A stretch of 64,000 nucleotides of DNA from Tubulanus polymorphus (taxonomy: Eukaryota > Animalia > Nemertea): assembly GCF_964204645.1 (NCBI RefSeq), contig NC_134028.1, forward strand, positions 1 through 64,000, in the 5' to 3' direction. Below, piece after piece: positions 53,021-64,000 of the stretch (the first letter of the stretch is position 1; every line of letters starts with the position of its first letter). Made by a program: the position numbers and the translations under genes. Below the pieces are notes generated by a model. It ran no database searches and was not told the origin of the DNA. It worked only from the letters and a program-made list of their open reading frames with translations.

Positions 53021-54985
53021 ATGAGGTATAACAACCAACCGTACTACCGCGGCAGGGAGCTGACCCCGGATCGCCGCCGGCCTACCAACCAGAGCCGAAA
53101 CCGAAACAGCAACAACCAAGGACCACCACATCCACACCAGAACGTTGACAGCTACAACCACAGACAACAGCCGCGAAATAAACGCAGAAACAACAACAAC
53201 CACAGACAGCAGCCGCGGAACGACCAGTACAACAACCACAGACAGCAGCCACAGTACTACGACGACAACCACAGACAGCAGCCGCCGAACAACCAGTACA
53301 ACAACCACAGGCAGCAGCCACAGTACTACAACGACAACCACAGACAGCAGCCGCCGAACAACCAGAATAACAACCACAGACAGCAGCCACAGTACTACGA
53401 CGACAACCACAGACAGCAGCAACAAAACAACCGCCGTAACAACCGCAGGAAGCAGGCGCGAAACAACAACAGCGACCACAGACAGCAGCCGCGCAACAAC
53501 GACAGCAACCACAGACAACAACCACAACAACACCAGCTCAACCAAAACCGCCGGTCCACGTACCAGGGGCCCCCCGACGGCCTGCTGAAAAACGCAATAC
53601 AGTCGCACTACCGCGCTATCCAAGCCATTCAGCACTACCTGAATGTCAACGAAAAATTACCGCCAGGCCTGCTCCGTCAGCAGCAAAACCTGGTTCACAA
53701 CATCAGACCGGCCAGCATGACACCAGAAACCGCGCAACACATCCGCGACGCAGCCTCCGAATGGGGCAAATCTATTCACGCGATTCTACGCGAACACCAC
53801 TTCGCGACCGTTATGCACGAATTCAACTTACATGAGTTCGATTCCCGCGCCAGTGAAATCGCCCTCAAGTGGGCACGAAAAAACTTCGGAAAACGCCTCC
53901 GAAACCCTACGCTCGCGTTGTACGACCGTTGCAACGCTATCCGACGCGACACGCCGTCCGGCGAGAATCGACTCGCCGGCCTAATCGCGACCTTAAACGC
54001 AGGTCCGCCCGCCGTTGATACATACGCACAGCCGCAACCTATGTGGGTAGCGACCCCACCTGTCCAACAGACAGCCGCTATAGTCATTCCGACTCCGCCT
54101 CCACAACCGAGAGCAACCACCGCGGTTGCCACAGCAACGCCAAACACTCCACGCGCCGCCACACGGAATTCACTCTCCATCGCAGCCAACCAGCAGACTC
54201 CGAAACGTCCACAGACGAATAAACCGCAACAACCACTGATCGCGACCGCCGCGACGCCGCCAAACGCGCCAATATCGCAACAAACCGCCACAGTGTACGA
54301 TCAAACACTGGACTTTAGTAACATCAGCGCGTGCCCCGTGAGCTCGCCCGCCGTTAATCGCAGCTACGCCGAGGTCGTAGCCACACCTGACCGCTCTACG
54401 GAACCCGCCGAAAACAACACATACACGCCCGGACCAGCGATGCCACAACCGGTAAGAACCCACCAGAAAACGACACACAAAGTGAAAGAATGGATAATCC
54501 CTGAAACCGAAAGGGAAATCGTCATCCTTGGGGATTCCAACCTCAACCGCATCACATCAAGCCACGATCCGGACGGGGTACAAATCGAGTGTTTCCCCGG
54601 CGCGAAAATCAAACATTTGCGAGAATTACTAGCGAAAAAGATTCCGGACCGCGCCCAACCGGACCATGTAATTGTCTCGATCGGCATCAACGACCGAGAT
54701 AACAGTTTCGAAAATACAACCAGCGACAATCTGAAAAAACTGATATCCACGACACAGAAAGTGTACAACCAAGCCAGCGTCCATTTCGTGTGTCTAAACT
54801 CAATTGCGCGGTATCAACCATACGCGGATAAAGTGAACAATATCATACGGGACTACGCGGAACATTACATTCCGCCTATCGCCAGCAGTGAATTCGGAGT
54901 CAACCCGGATGACGATATTCACTGGACCGAATACACGGCGAACACACTACTCAACCACTGGCTGGAAACCGTAAAAAACGAATAG
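53021..54985 (+). CDS. Family B ORF1: Q/N-rich repeats, helical domain, Pro/Thr/Ala linker, SGNH esterase
   Basis: IVILGDSN, CFPG, IVSIGIND, DDIHW; WARKNFG domain shared with family A. Confidence 0.9.
   Translation: MRYNNQPYYRGRELTPDRRRPTNQSRNRNSNNQGPPHPHQNVDSYNHRQQPRNKRRNNNNHRQQPRNDQYNNHRQQPQYYDDNHRQQPPNNQYNNHRQQPQYYNDNHRQQPPNNQNNNHRQQPQYYDDNHRQQQQNNRRNNRRKQARNNNSDHRQQPRNNDSNHRQQPQQHQLNQNRRSTYQGPPDGLLKNAIQSHYRAIQAIQHYLNVNEKLPPGLLRQQQNLVHNIRPASMTPETAQHIRDAASEWGKSIHAILREHHFATVMHEFNLHEFDSRASEIALKWARKNFGKRLRNPTLALYDRCNAIRRDTPSGENRLAGLIATLNAGPPAVDTYAQPQPMWVATPPVQQTAAIVIPTPPPQPRATTAVATATPNTPRAATRNSLSIAANQQTPKRPQTNKPQQPLIATAATPPNAPISQQTATVYDQTLDFSNISACPVSSPAVNRSYAEVVATPDRSTEPAENNTYTPGPAMPQPVRTHQKTTHKVKEWIIPETEREIVILGDSNLNRITSSHDPDGVQIECFPGAKIKHLRELLAKKIPDRAQPDHVIVSIGINDRDNSFENTTSDNLKKLISTTQKVYNQASVHFVCLNSIARYQPYADKVNNIIRDYAEHYIPPIASSEFGVNPDDDIHWTEYTANTLLNHWLETVKNE
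53153..53530 (+). repeat. Coding minisatellite (30-33 bp units, core CAACCACAGACAGCAGCC) encoding NHRQQP repeats (also 58666-59043; partial 47814-48018)
   Basis: About ten NHRQQ[P/Q]-type units in ORF1B. Confidence 0.9.
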
Positions 54986-57375
54986 CTTCAGAAGCCAAAC
55001 AGCCCGTAAGTAAGATTATTCTTACCCCAAAACCAGACTCTTATCCCATCCCCAGACAGGCCCCTATCGTTAATCCCGCACCAGTCACCCTAAGTGACCA
55101 ATCAAAACGGACGGCATTAGGCACCTCAGTTCTAAATCTCTCAAAAAAAACCCAACTCTCCTCGGGCCAGAGAAAACTACTAGAAAGGGGCTTATCCTAC
55201 TGCCCCAGACCACCCAACGCACCCGACCGGGACGCTAAAGATAGATTACAATCCCTTACGGACTTTAATAGACGGGTAATCTTAAATTATCATTTCAAAG
55301 ACAATACCCCAGGCATCGCCCCCAAATTCCGTCTGCCCTCGGGTTGGACCCCCGACGAAATAAACCCCGAAATATTGAATTTCTGTCAAAAAAACATAGA
55401 GTCAGCCCAGAGCGCGCAACCTATCCCTGAGAGAAATAATCTGACAACCGAGGAAAAGACAGCCCTCAGACAATTGAAACAGAACCCCGACATCATTATA
55501 AAACCTGCCGACAAGGGCTCCACAACAGTAATCATGGACCGCGAAGACTACTTACTCGAGGCCCAAAACCAACTAAATAATCCGACGTACTACCGCAAAC
55601 TGGACGCCCCTATATATCGCGAGACACAACAGTATATCCACGAAACAGTTGATAATATGCGCCGGCGGAACGTCATCACTCGTAAAACCGCGCAGTATTT
55701 AAAACACCCTCCGGAACCCCGACCGAGACTATTCTATCTACTACCCAAAATTCACAAAAACCCCGACAAATGGACAGTACCCAATGAAATTCCTCCCGGC
55801 CGCCCTATCGTATCAGATTGCAGTAGTGAATCTTACCACACTGCAGCCTGGATCGATCACTTCCTACAACCTTTAGCCTCTGGACACCCATCTTACCTGA
55901 AAGATACCACACATTTCCTTGAGACAATCCAACAGCAGACCCTGAGCCCCGACTCCATCCTCGTCACCCTAGACATTAGCTCTCTATATACCAATATTGG
56001 TCACGACGACGGGCTCCGAGCGGTAAGAAACACATTCGCCGCTCACCCCGATCCAGATAGGCCCGATAATGATATATTAAAACTCCTGGAAATAAGCCTG
56101 AAAAATAATGATTTTGAATTGAATGGGGATTATTATTTACAAACCAAAGGGACGGCCATGGGCAAGAAATTCGCCCCCTCATACGCGAATATTTTCGTAG
56201 CCGAATGGGAGACAGCCGCCCTGGCCAAATCACCTCTACAACCATCCCTCTATAAGAGGTTTATTGACGATATATTCCTCATATGGGAACACGGGGAAGA
56301 AGAACTTACCACCTTCCTAGACATACTACAGACTCACCACGCGTCTATTGACCTGACCTGGGAGATTGACAAGCAATCCGCAAATTTCTTAGATACTACA
56401 GTGTTCAAGGGCCCGCGCTTTGACGCACTCCGTATCCTTGACTCTAAAATATTCTTCAAACCGACAGATTCCCACCAACTTCTTCACACTAGCTCATTTC
56501 ATCCCCGACACACTTTCGCTGGAGTCCTCAAGAGCCAGCTTCTCCGATACAGGAGAATCTGCAATAACGACGCTGACTTCCACGCGGCCACCAAGACACT
56601 TTTCACCTCCCTGCGACAGCGAGGCTACGCTGACCGCACGCTGAGATACGCCAAGTCCCGTATCCTGAAAAACACAAACAATGACGATAAGGGGGAGGCC
56701 GAACAGGACGTAAAAATTCCCCTCATCCTCCCACACAACCGCACTAATAAATTACTATCATATCAAATTAAACATCAATTCACTCAATTACTATCCGAAA
56801 CCGCACGTACCGATCCAATCCGCATCATCACGGCCTACTCCAAACATAAAAACCTAAAAGATATACTAACATCCACAAAACTACACCCTGTAATCCACAC
56901 TGACAACACAAATAACGCTACAACGGCCCCGGGACCCAATATCTACACAAGACGCCCGGGTACGTACTGCTGTAATCAACCGCGTTGCCAAACATGTAAA
57001 CACATCATAAACAAAAGATCCATAAAAAATAACGAACAGACATCTCGAATACACAGTCACTTCACCTGCAACTCAAAACAACTAATTTATGCCATCACAT
57101 GTAATAAATGTCACGTATTATACGTCGGACAGACGGGAAATACTCTCAAACAAAGATTCACAAACCACATATCCTGCATCAAAAATGACCTCCCGACCCC
57201 AGTAGCTAAACACTTTAATTCAGCGGCCCACACCCTTCAAAACATCAATATATTTGGAATCCAATCAATCCCGGACTCGGACCAGAAACTCAGGGAAACC
57301 GCCGAAAGCTATTGGATAAACCATTTAAATACTATGATACCAAACGGCCTGAACGAAAGAGAAATGCACCCGTAA
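54973..57375 (+). CDS. Family B ORF2 RT + GIY-YIG
   Basis: Intact; one change (DYLL vs DYIL) relative to the first B copy (track start 55375). Confidence 0.95.
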   Translation, partial: KKRIASEAKQPVSKIILTPKPDSYPIPRQAPIVNPAPVTLSDQSKRTALGTSVLNLSKKTQLSSGQRKLLERGLSYCPRPPNAPDRDAKDRLQSLTDFNRRVILNYHFKDNTPGIAPKFRLPSGWTPDEINPEILNFCQKNIESAQSAQPIPERNNLTTEEKTALRQLKQNPDIIIKPADKGSTTVIMDREDYLLEAQNQLNNPTYYRKLDAPIYRETQQYIHETVDNMRRRNVITRKTAQYLKHPPEPRPRLFYLLPKIHKNPDKWTVPNEIPPGRPIVSDCSSESYHTAAWIDHFLQPLASGHPSYLKDTTHFLETIQQQTLSPDSILVTLDISSLYTNIGHDDGLRAVRNTFAAHPDPDRPDNDILKLLEISLKNNDFELNGDYYLQTKGTAMGKKFAPSYANIFVAEWETAALAKSPLQPSLYKRFIDDIFLIWEHGEEELTTFLDILQTHHASIDLTWEIDKQSANFLDTTVFKGPRFDALRILDSKIFFKPTDSHQLLHTSSFHPRHTFAGVLKSQLLRYRRICNNDADFHAATKTLFTSLRQRGYADRTLRYAKSRILKNTNNDDKGEAEQDVKIPLILPHNRTNKLLSYQIKHQFTQLLSETARTDPIRIITAYSKHKNLKDILTSTKLHPVIHTDNTNNATTAPGPNIYTRRPGTYCCNQPRCQTCKHIINKRSIKNNEQTSRIHSHFTCNSKQLIYAITCNKCHVLYVGQTGNTLKQRFTNHISCIKNDLPTPVAKHFNSAAHTLQNINIFGIQSIPDSDQKLRETAESYWINHLNTMIPNGLNEREMHP

Positions 57376-58490
57376 GGTGACGACCACTCACTCACACGCC
57401 ATCTATCACTATCACAAACAAACACACACAGTTCACTCGCGTCAAAAACAGACGCTCAAACAAACTATCACCCGGCTCGAGCGCTATTGCGCTGCCGCCT
57501 AAATATACGGACACGAGCCCGCAACCAATCGAACAAACGACGGTATATCAAGCTCTCAAATCACTTTCCAAACTTTCCGTGGAAAATAGGCAAATATTTT
57601 TCTGTTGCCTGAGCACCGGGGGTGCAAACCCCCAACCTCTATCCCTAAAACCTAACCCAGCCTGAGCCGGAAAAATATTGTCCTATAATTCATTTCCACA
57701 TATCTCTAAAAACTGATCCACCACACGGATCACTCGACAGCTAGGCAGCTATCTTAAAAAAGCACGAGTTCACTCAGCACATTTTTTTATCCAATATAAG
57801 GAAACAAACGTCGAGCACATGTCAACCGCTCTTTTTATTTCAACATGTTTTCGAATAGATTCGATCGCCGAATCATCCTGAAATGATGACGCAAACAATT
57901 ATTCTCTCGGAAAAAATTTTTTTTATTTAGTAAAGACGAACGAATATCAACACGCTATGACTACACTATTCTCGGCATATTTTCAATTAGTTTCGACCCC
58001 CAGCAAGGGCGCTCTCTTTATAAACATGATTTCTTTCAACATATTTTATTATTTGATATATGGGAACGAACGGCAAATACGCCATAGCTGCACTTTCATT
58101 TCGACATATTTTTTAGATCCGTTTCTCCGGGTCGCCCGCAGCAAGGACGCTCTCTTGTAAAAACACAAGGATTCTCACATAAAATATTTTATTTTTACTC
58201 ATCAAAACCTCATCCCCAGTAACGGTTCTCACGAACAGCGGAGTCTCTCACCCGGAAGTTCGCACCTCGACGTCCAGGCAGGGTATGACGCCCATGACTA
58301 ATTATCAAAATTAGCGCCAGCACAGCGACATAGAGCACGCCCGACCAATGCATTACGTTCATAGGGCCCCTATGTCGCTGTACATTAGTCTCCTATGCCC
58401 TAATACATTGGACTAATTACGCGACCGAGACACACCCCCAAGCCCGACTATAAAGACCGGCCCGAAAACTCCACTGTCCTAGAATCCTTC

Positions 58491-58529
58491 AGTTACTGAC
58501 GAAGATACAATCAATCGAAACGTTTAACT
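58491..58529 (+). ncRNA. Minimal hammerhead ribozyme, family B
   Basis: Same sequence as 52978-53016. Confidence 0.85.
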
Positions 58530-58533
58530 AACG

Positions 58534-60381
58534 ATGAGGTATAACAACCAACCGTACTACCGCGGCAGGGAGCTGACCCCGGATCGCCGCCGGCCTACCA
58601 ACCAGAGCCGAAACCGAAACAGCAACAACCAAGGACCACCACATCCACACCAGAACGTTGACAGCTACAACCACAGACAACAGCCGCGAAATAAACGCAG
58701 AAACAACAACAACCACAGACAGCAGCCGCGGAACGACCAGTACAACAACCACAGACAGCAGCCACAGTACTACGACGACAACCACAGACAGCAGCCGCCG
58801 AACAACCAGTACAACAACCACAGGCAGCAGCCACAGTACTACAACGACAACCACAGACAGCAGCCGCCGAACAACCAGAATAACAACCACAGACAGCAGC
58901 CACAGTACTACGACGACAACCACAGACAGCAGCAACAAAACAACCGCCGTAACAACCGCAGGAAGCAGGCGCGAAACAACAACAGCGACCACAGACAGCA
59001 GCCGCGCAACAACGACAGCAACCACAGACAACAACCACAACAACACCAGCTCAACCAAAACCGCCGGTCCACGTACCAGGGGCCCCCCGACGGCCTGCTG
59101 AAAAACGCAATACAGTCGCACTACCGCGCTATCCAAGCCATTCAGCACTACCTGAATGTCAACGAAAAATTACCGCCAGGCCTGCTCCGTCAGCAGCAAA
59201 ACCTGGTTCACAACATCAGACCGGCCAGCATGACACCAGAAACCGCGCAACACATCCGCGACGCAGCCTCCGAATGGGGCAAATCTATTCACGCGATTCT
59301 ACGCGAACACCACTTCGCGACCGTTATGCACGAATTCAACTTACATGAGTTCGATTCCCGCGCCAGTGAAATCGCCCTCAAGTGGGCACGAAAAAACTTC
59401 GGAAAACGCCTCCGAAACCCTACGCTCGCGTTGTACGACCGTTGCAACGCTATCCGACGCGACACGCCGTCCGGCGAGAATCGACTCGCCGGCCTAATCG
59501 CGACCTTAAACGCAGGTCCGCCCGCCGTTGATACATACGCACAGCCGCAACCTATGTGGGTAGCGACCCCACCTGTCCAACAGACAGCCGCTATAGTCAT
59601 TCCGACTCCGCCTCCACAACCGAGAGCAACCACCGCGGTTGCCACAGCAACGCCAAACACTCCACGCGCCGCCACACGGAATTCACTCTCCATCGCAGCC
59701 AACCAGCAGACTCCGAAACGTCCACAGACGAATAAACCGCAACAACCACTGATCGCGACCGCCGCGACGCCGCCAAACGCGCCAATATCGCAACAAACCG
59801 CCACAGTGTACGATCAAACACTGGACTTTAGTAACATCAGCGCGTGCCCCGTGAGCTCGCCCGCCGTTAATCGCAGCTACGCCGAGGTCGTAGCCACACC
59901 TGACCGCTCTACGGAACCCGCCGAAAACAACACATACACGCCCGGACCAGCGATGCCACAACCGGTAAGAACCCACCAGAAAACGACACACAAAGTGAAA
60001 GAATGGATAATCCCTGAAACCGAAAGGGAAATCGTCATCCTTGGGGATTCCAACCTCAACCGCATCACATCAAGCCACGATCCGGACGGGGTACAAATCG
60101 AGTGTTTCCCCGGCGCGAAAATCAAACATTTGCGAGAATTACTAGCGAAAAAGATTCCGGACCGCGCCCAACCGGACCATGTAATTGTCTCGATCGGCAT
60201 CAACGACCGAGATAACAGTTTCGAAAATACAACCAGCGACAATCTGAAAAAACTGATATCCACGACACAGAAAGTGTACAACCAAGCCAGCGTCCATTTC
60301 GTGTGTCTAAACTCAATTGCGCGGTATCAACCATACGCGGATAAAGTGAACAATATCATACGGGACTACGATGACCCATGA
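58534..60381 (+). pseudogene. 3'-truncated family B ORF1 (lacks esterase DxxH block)
   Basis: Family B sequence stops at 60370 (..IIRDY); the stop codon comes from the junction. Confidence 0.85.
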
Positions 60382-61943
60382 TTCCTGCACTGACACTGAC
60401 GAAGGCAACCTCGCCGAAATATCTGTCAATGGAGCGATCTACTCGAAAGAAGAAACGACCACCAGCTGAGAAGACCAGCGAGGGCGGAGGACGCCCTGAG
60501 CGACACCAGCAACCCGGGATGTCGCCGAAAACATATTATAGAGCTCTTCAAGTGGCGCACCACCTTGCCCAGTTGAGCTCTGGTCCGAAAGCGATTCGGA
60601 GGAAGAAGGACCATCTGAAGATGTTCCTGCGGCCGGCGGCTTGCACCGAAGCAGTAACGGTGCAGCTGCACGCTGCCGCGGACGTCTGGATGGAGACAGT
60701 TTCGAAAGAGCTGACCATCCATTACGCTGCCACATTTGTTCAGCTAATGGGTGATCCTCTGCCGGACTGTCTATCAGCACAGGATGTCGCCCTGACATGG
60801 GCCCGGAGGAATTTCGGCTCCCGTCTGAGCCCCGGAACGATCCGGCTTTTCAACATCGCGCTGGATTTGCGGTCGAAATTCCGCGGTCAGGCTCTGTCTG
60901 ACAAACTCAGAAATGTCCTATCTAACCCACCTTCTTCCCCTTCTCATTTCAGGTCACACCACCAGGAGGCACCCACGGAGCCGAAGATTCGTCCGCCGCC
61001 GAGACCGAGCCGGAAGATTCGAAAGCCCGCGACGCCGAGGACGCCTGCACCAACCGCAGCCGCGCCCGCCGCGCCCACAGCGCCTCCTTCTTTTTCTGAT
61101 TCCAGGTCACCGAGAAGCTACGCGGATGTCACCAGGACGCCACCAACCAGAATGGCGCCACCACCGAGTAGCCCGATGCCGACGCCGCCGCCGCCGCCAC
61201 CAAGAAGTCCGACGCCACCGAGAAGTCCGACGCCGCCGCCTCGAAACCCGACGCCGCCGCCGCCGCCGCAGAGAACGCCGACCGCACCAACCAGCAGTCC
61301 GACGCCGTCTCTCTCTTCTTCTCTTTCCAGCTCTCCGTCTCATTACAGGTCACCAAGGCGCCTACTGCCAGCGCGAAGTCCGACGCCAACACCGAGACCG
61401 ATGGCGCCCCAGGAAGTTCGCCGTCATCCGAAGACGGGTCGGAAGAAACAGGATTGGAGTCTGCCACCAACCCGGCGACCCATTCTGGTGATTGGTGACT
61501 CAAATCTGAGTAACATCACATCAAGCCGCCGTCCGGATGACGTCCAGATCGAGAGCTTCCCCGGCTGCAAGATAGCTCATCTCGCCGACCTGATCGATGC
61601 TGTACCGGAGCGCCGAGATCGCCCGGATACGGTGATCATCAGCGTCGGAATCAACAACCGCGACAACAACTTCGAAGCGACCGCCAGGAAGACCACACAG
61701 CGCCTGATCAACGCCGCAGTCAAGAAGTATCAGCACTCGTTCGTCCACTTCGTTCAACTCAACACGACCCGCGAACACCAGCAGTTCGCCCGGAAGTTCA
61801 ACGAATTCCTCGAGATTCACGACGACGTCACCGCGATACCACCCATCGATGATCGACGCTTCAGAGTTGTTGGAGACGGGATCCACTGGAACCGTGGTAC
61901 AGCTAACACCCTGCTGGACCACTGGCTCAGTGGTTTAAACTAA
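60378..61943 (+). CDS. Family A ORF1 (521 aa variant)
   Basis: Same motifs. Confidence 0.88.
   Translation: MIPALTLTKATSPKYLSMERSTRKKKRPPAEKTSEGGGRPERHQQPGMSPKTYYRALQVAHHLAQLSSGPKAIRRKKDHLKMFLRPAACTEAVTVQLHAAADVWMETVSKELTIHYAATFVQLMGDPLPDCLSAQDVALTWARRNFGSRLSPGTIRLFNIALDLRSKFRGQALSDKLRNVLSNPPSSPSHFRSHHQEAPTEPKIRPPPRPSRKIRKPATPRTPAPTAAAPAAPTAPPSFSDSRSPRSYADVTRTPPTRMAPPPSSPMPTPPPPPPRSPTPPRSPTPPPRNPTPPPPPQRTPTAPTSSPTPSLSSSLSSSPSHYRSPRRLLPARSPTPTPRPMAPQEVRRHPKTGRKKQDWSLPPTRRPILVIGDSNLSNITSSRRPDDVQIESFPGCKIAHLADLIDAVPERRDRPDTVIISVGINNRDNNFEATARKTTQRLINAAVKKYQHSFVHFVQLNTTREHQQFARKFNEFLEIHDDVTAIPPIDDRRFRVVGDGIHWNRGTANTLLDHWLSGLN
60391..60428 (+). ncRNA. Minimal hammerhead ribozyme, family A
   Basis: Same sequence as 2627-2664. 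Confidence 0.85.
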
Positions 61944-64000
61944 GTATTAGTGAGACCAACGGGTCCACTATTGGTGAGTTAAATCAACCGGAATTAACCA
62001 ATGCTTCTCTGATTTCTTCCATTTCCAGGTCCGACGAACACGAAGAACCGGCACCAAACCAAGCGCGACGCGATCCGGTCACCGCTCTCGGGAGCCCGGT
62101 GGTCAACCTCACACGTTCACTCCGCCTAAGTCCGGCGCAACATCAGCTACTCCGAAAGGGCCTCACTTATTGCCCGACTCCAAAAATCGGTTCTGATGCC
62201 GCCGCGACCGAGCGCACCAAGGGAGTGTGCCGATTCAACCGGCTAGTGAAACTCGACCATCACTTCCGAGACAAACCGGACCGCGAGGCTCCGCGTTTCC
62301 GTCTGCCCAGCAGTTGGGCTCCGGATGAAATAGAACCAGTAATCGCCGGGTTCTGCAACGACGCGCACGAATTGGCTCAACAAACCAGGGATACGCGTCG
62401 CGTAAATGATAACCTCACTAAACAGGAACGCGAAGCCCTCCAGCAGCTGCGTGACAACACTAATATTGTCATCAAAGCCGCCGATAAGGGTTCCGCTACG
62501 GTTATCATGGACCGCGACGACTACGTCCTCGAAGCCATGCGCCAACTAGCCGATCTCGAGTATTATCAGCCGCTGCAGCAACCGATCTTCGAACAGACCG
62601 GGGAAGAAATTCGCGAAATCATCGAAAATATGGCTCGACGAAAAATCATCCCGCTAAAAACCGCCGAATATCTATTACCGCCCGATAATCCGAAACAGAG
62701 GCAGTTCTATCTGCTTCCCAAAATCCATAAAGAACGCGAGAAGTGGACGGTACCCGATCGCGTACCGCCGGGGAGACCGATCGTCTCCGACTGCGGCTCC
62801 GAAACCTACGAAATTTCGGAATGGATCGACTACTATTTGCAGCCGATCGCCCGCGGTCACCCGTCGTACGTCAAAGATACCAACCACTTTCTAGATATTT
62901 TGGCCGGTAAACAATTTAGCGCCGATGCGTTACTCGTCACCATGGACATCGATTCGCTCTACACCAACATCCCCCACGAAGAGGGTATCGCCAGCATCCG
63001 ACAAGCTCTCCGAGATAACCCGAACCCGGGACGCCCGGATGCCGAGCTGCTGAAACTACTCGAAATCAGCCTGAAGAAAAATGACTTTAACTTTAACGAA
63101 AACACATATTTACAGGTAAAAGGTACCGCAATGGGTAAGCGTTTTGCTCCTTCTTATGCCAATATCTTTGTAGCCGAATGGGAAAAAGAAGGTCTGTCCA
63201 GAAGCGAACTCCAACCATCGCTATACGCTCGGTTCATCGACGACATCTACATAGTTTGGGAACACGGCCGCGAAACGTTGATGCAATTCATCGACGTCCT
63301 ACAAACAGTGAGCCGATCCATCAAACTCAAGTTCGAAATCAGCGACACCAGCGTCAACTTCCTGGACGTAACCACCTTCAAAGGCCCGCGATTCGAGACA
63401 AGTGGCACAGTAGACACCAAAGTCTACTTCAAACCAACCGATTCGCATCAATTACTACATCGATCCTCGTTTCACCCTAAACACACATTTTCCGGTATAG
63501 TTAAAAGTCAAATTCTCCGGTTCCGGCGCATCTGCAATAACGATTCGGACTTACACGCAGCGTCCGGAACCGTCCTTAAAGTACTCAGAGGTCGTGGCTA
63601 CAAAGACCGCGAACTGCGACACATCAAAAGCCAAGCTCTACGGCACCACGCCGAACGAGATCTACGAGAACAACAACGGGCCGACGAACCGCCGAAAAAG
63701 CGTTTACCGCTTATCTTACCTCACTCCGAAGCCAACCGAACCCTAGCCCGTAACATCCGAACCAGATTTACGGAACTGGCTACGGCCACCGGCCGGTCTG
63801 ACGAGGTAACCACGGTCACCGCCTACACCAAGCACAAGAGTCTCAAAGATCTCCTAACTTCGTCGCAGCTCAAACCCACGGAGCCACCCCCTCCCCGAGT
63901 CCCCTCTTCACCGCATCGTAACAGAAATACTTCCGTTGTTTCCAATTCTTCTATTTCCAGGTCTACTCAAAGAACTCCGTCAACCCGACGTCGAGGCACC
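61934..64000 (+). CDS. Family A ORF2 RT (partial, cut by window end before the endonuclease)
   Basis: GTG at 62099; sequence matches the other ORF2 copies through ..TPSTRRRGT. Confidence 0.9.

Larger units (their letters stand above)
47814..60370 (+). mobile_element. Family B PLE tandem block (period 5513 bp; first unit 5'-truncated, last unit 3'-truncated)
   Basis: ORF1 at 53021 and 58534, ORF2 stops at 51862 and 57375; same architecture as family A but clearly diverged in sequence. Confidence 0.95.
60377..64000 (+). mobile_element. Family A PLE copy starting just upstream of the hammerhead, runs off window end
   Basis: CATGATTCCTGCACTGAC.. joined to family B via ATGACC filler; no spacer or TATA. 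Confidence 0.93.

Noticed and set aside
53153-53530. Possible CRISPR-like repeat-spacer array
   Set aside because: Intervening sequences are short, related and in-frame coding; eukaryotic retroelement context with no cas genes
53015-53635. Hydrophobic Val/Leu-rich and Cys-rich antisense ORFs, and Thr-rich alternative frame
   Set aside because: Shadows of the CAA/AAC-rich coding minisatellite
60378-60381. ATGA stop/start overlap coupling ORF1B to ORF1A
   Set aside because: A by-product of a single chimeric junction; this ATG is probably not the real ORF1A start

Overview
The whole 64 kb is a co-oriented (+ strand), head-to-tail array of two related families of eukaryotic Penelope-like retroelements (PLEs); there are no host genes. 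Family A has a unit of ~6.25-6.35 kb and occupies 1-25818, 25904-47723 and 60377-64000. Family B has a 5513 bp unit and occupies 47814-60370. Each unit reads: TATA box, minimal type I hammerhead ribozyme, ORF1 (conserved helical domain, low-complexity linker, SGNH/GDSL esterase), -1 slippery heptamer, ORF2 (PLE reverse transcriptase, Cys-rich linker, C-terminal GIY-YIG endonuclease), a structured 3' element containing a telomere-like CCTAACC segment, and an AT-rich spacer. Two (CCCTAA)~15-16 tracts separate blocks. Both begin at the same internal CCTAACC of a family A 3' element and both cap a 5'-truncated copy. This indicates telomere-targeted retrotransposition in a TTAGGG-telomere host, with the chromosome end probably toward low coordinates. 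Most notable: endonuclease-bearing PLEs building a telomeric array, a covarying telomerase-RNA-like 3' fold shared by both families, a conserved -1 frameshift predicted to fuse esterase ORF1 to RT-EN, and one hammerhead per unit. All RNA structures and alignments were read by eye; none was computed.
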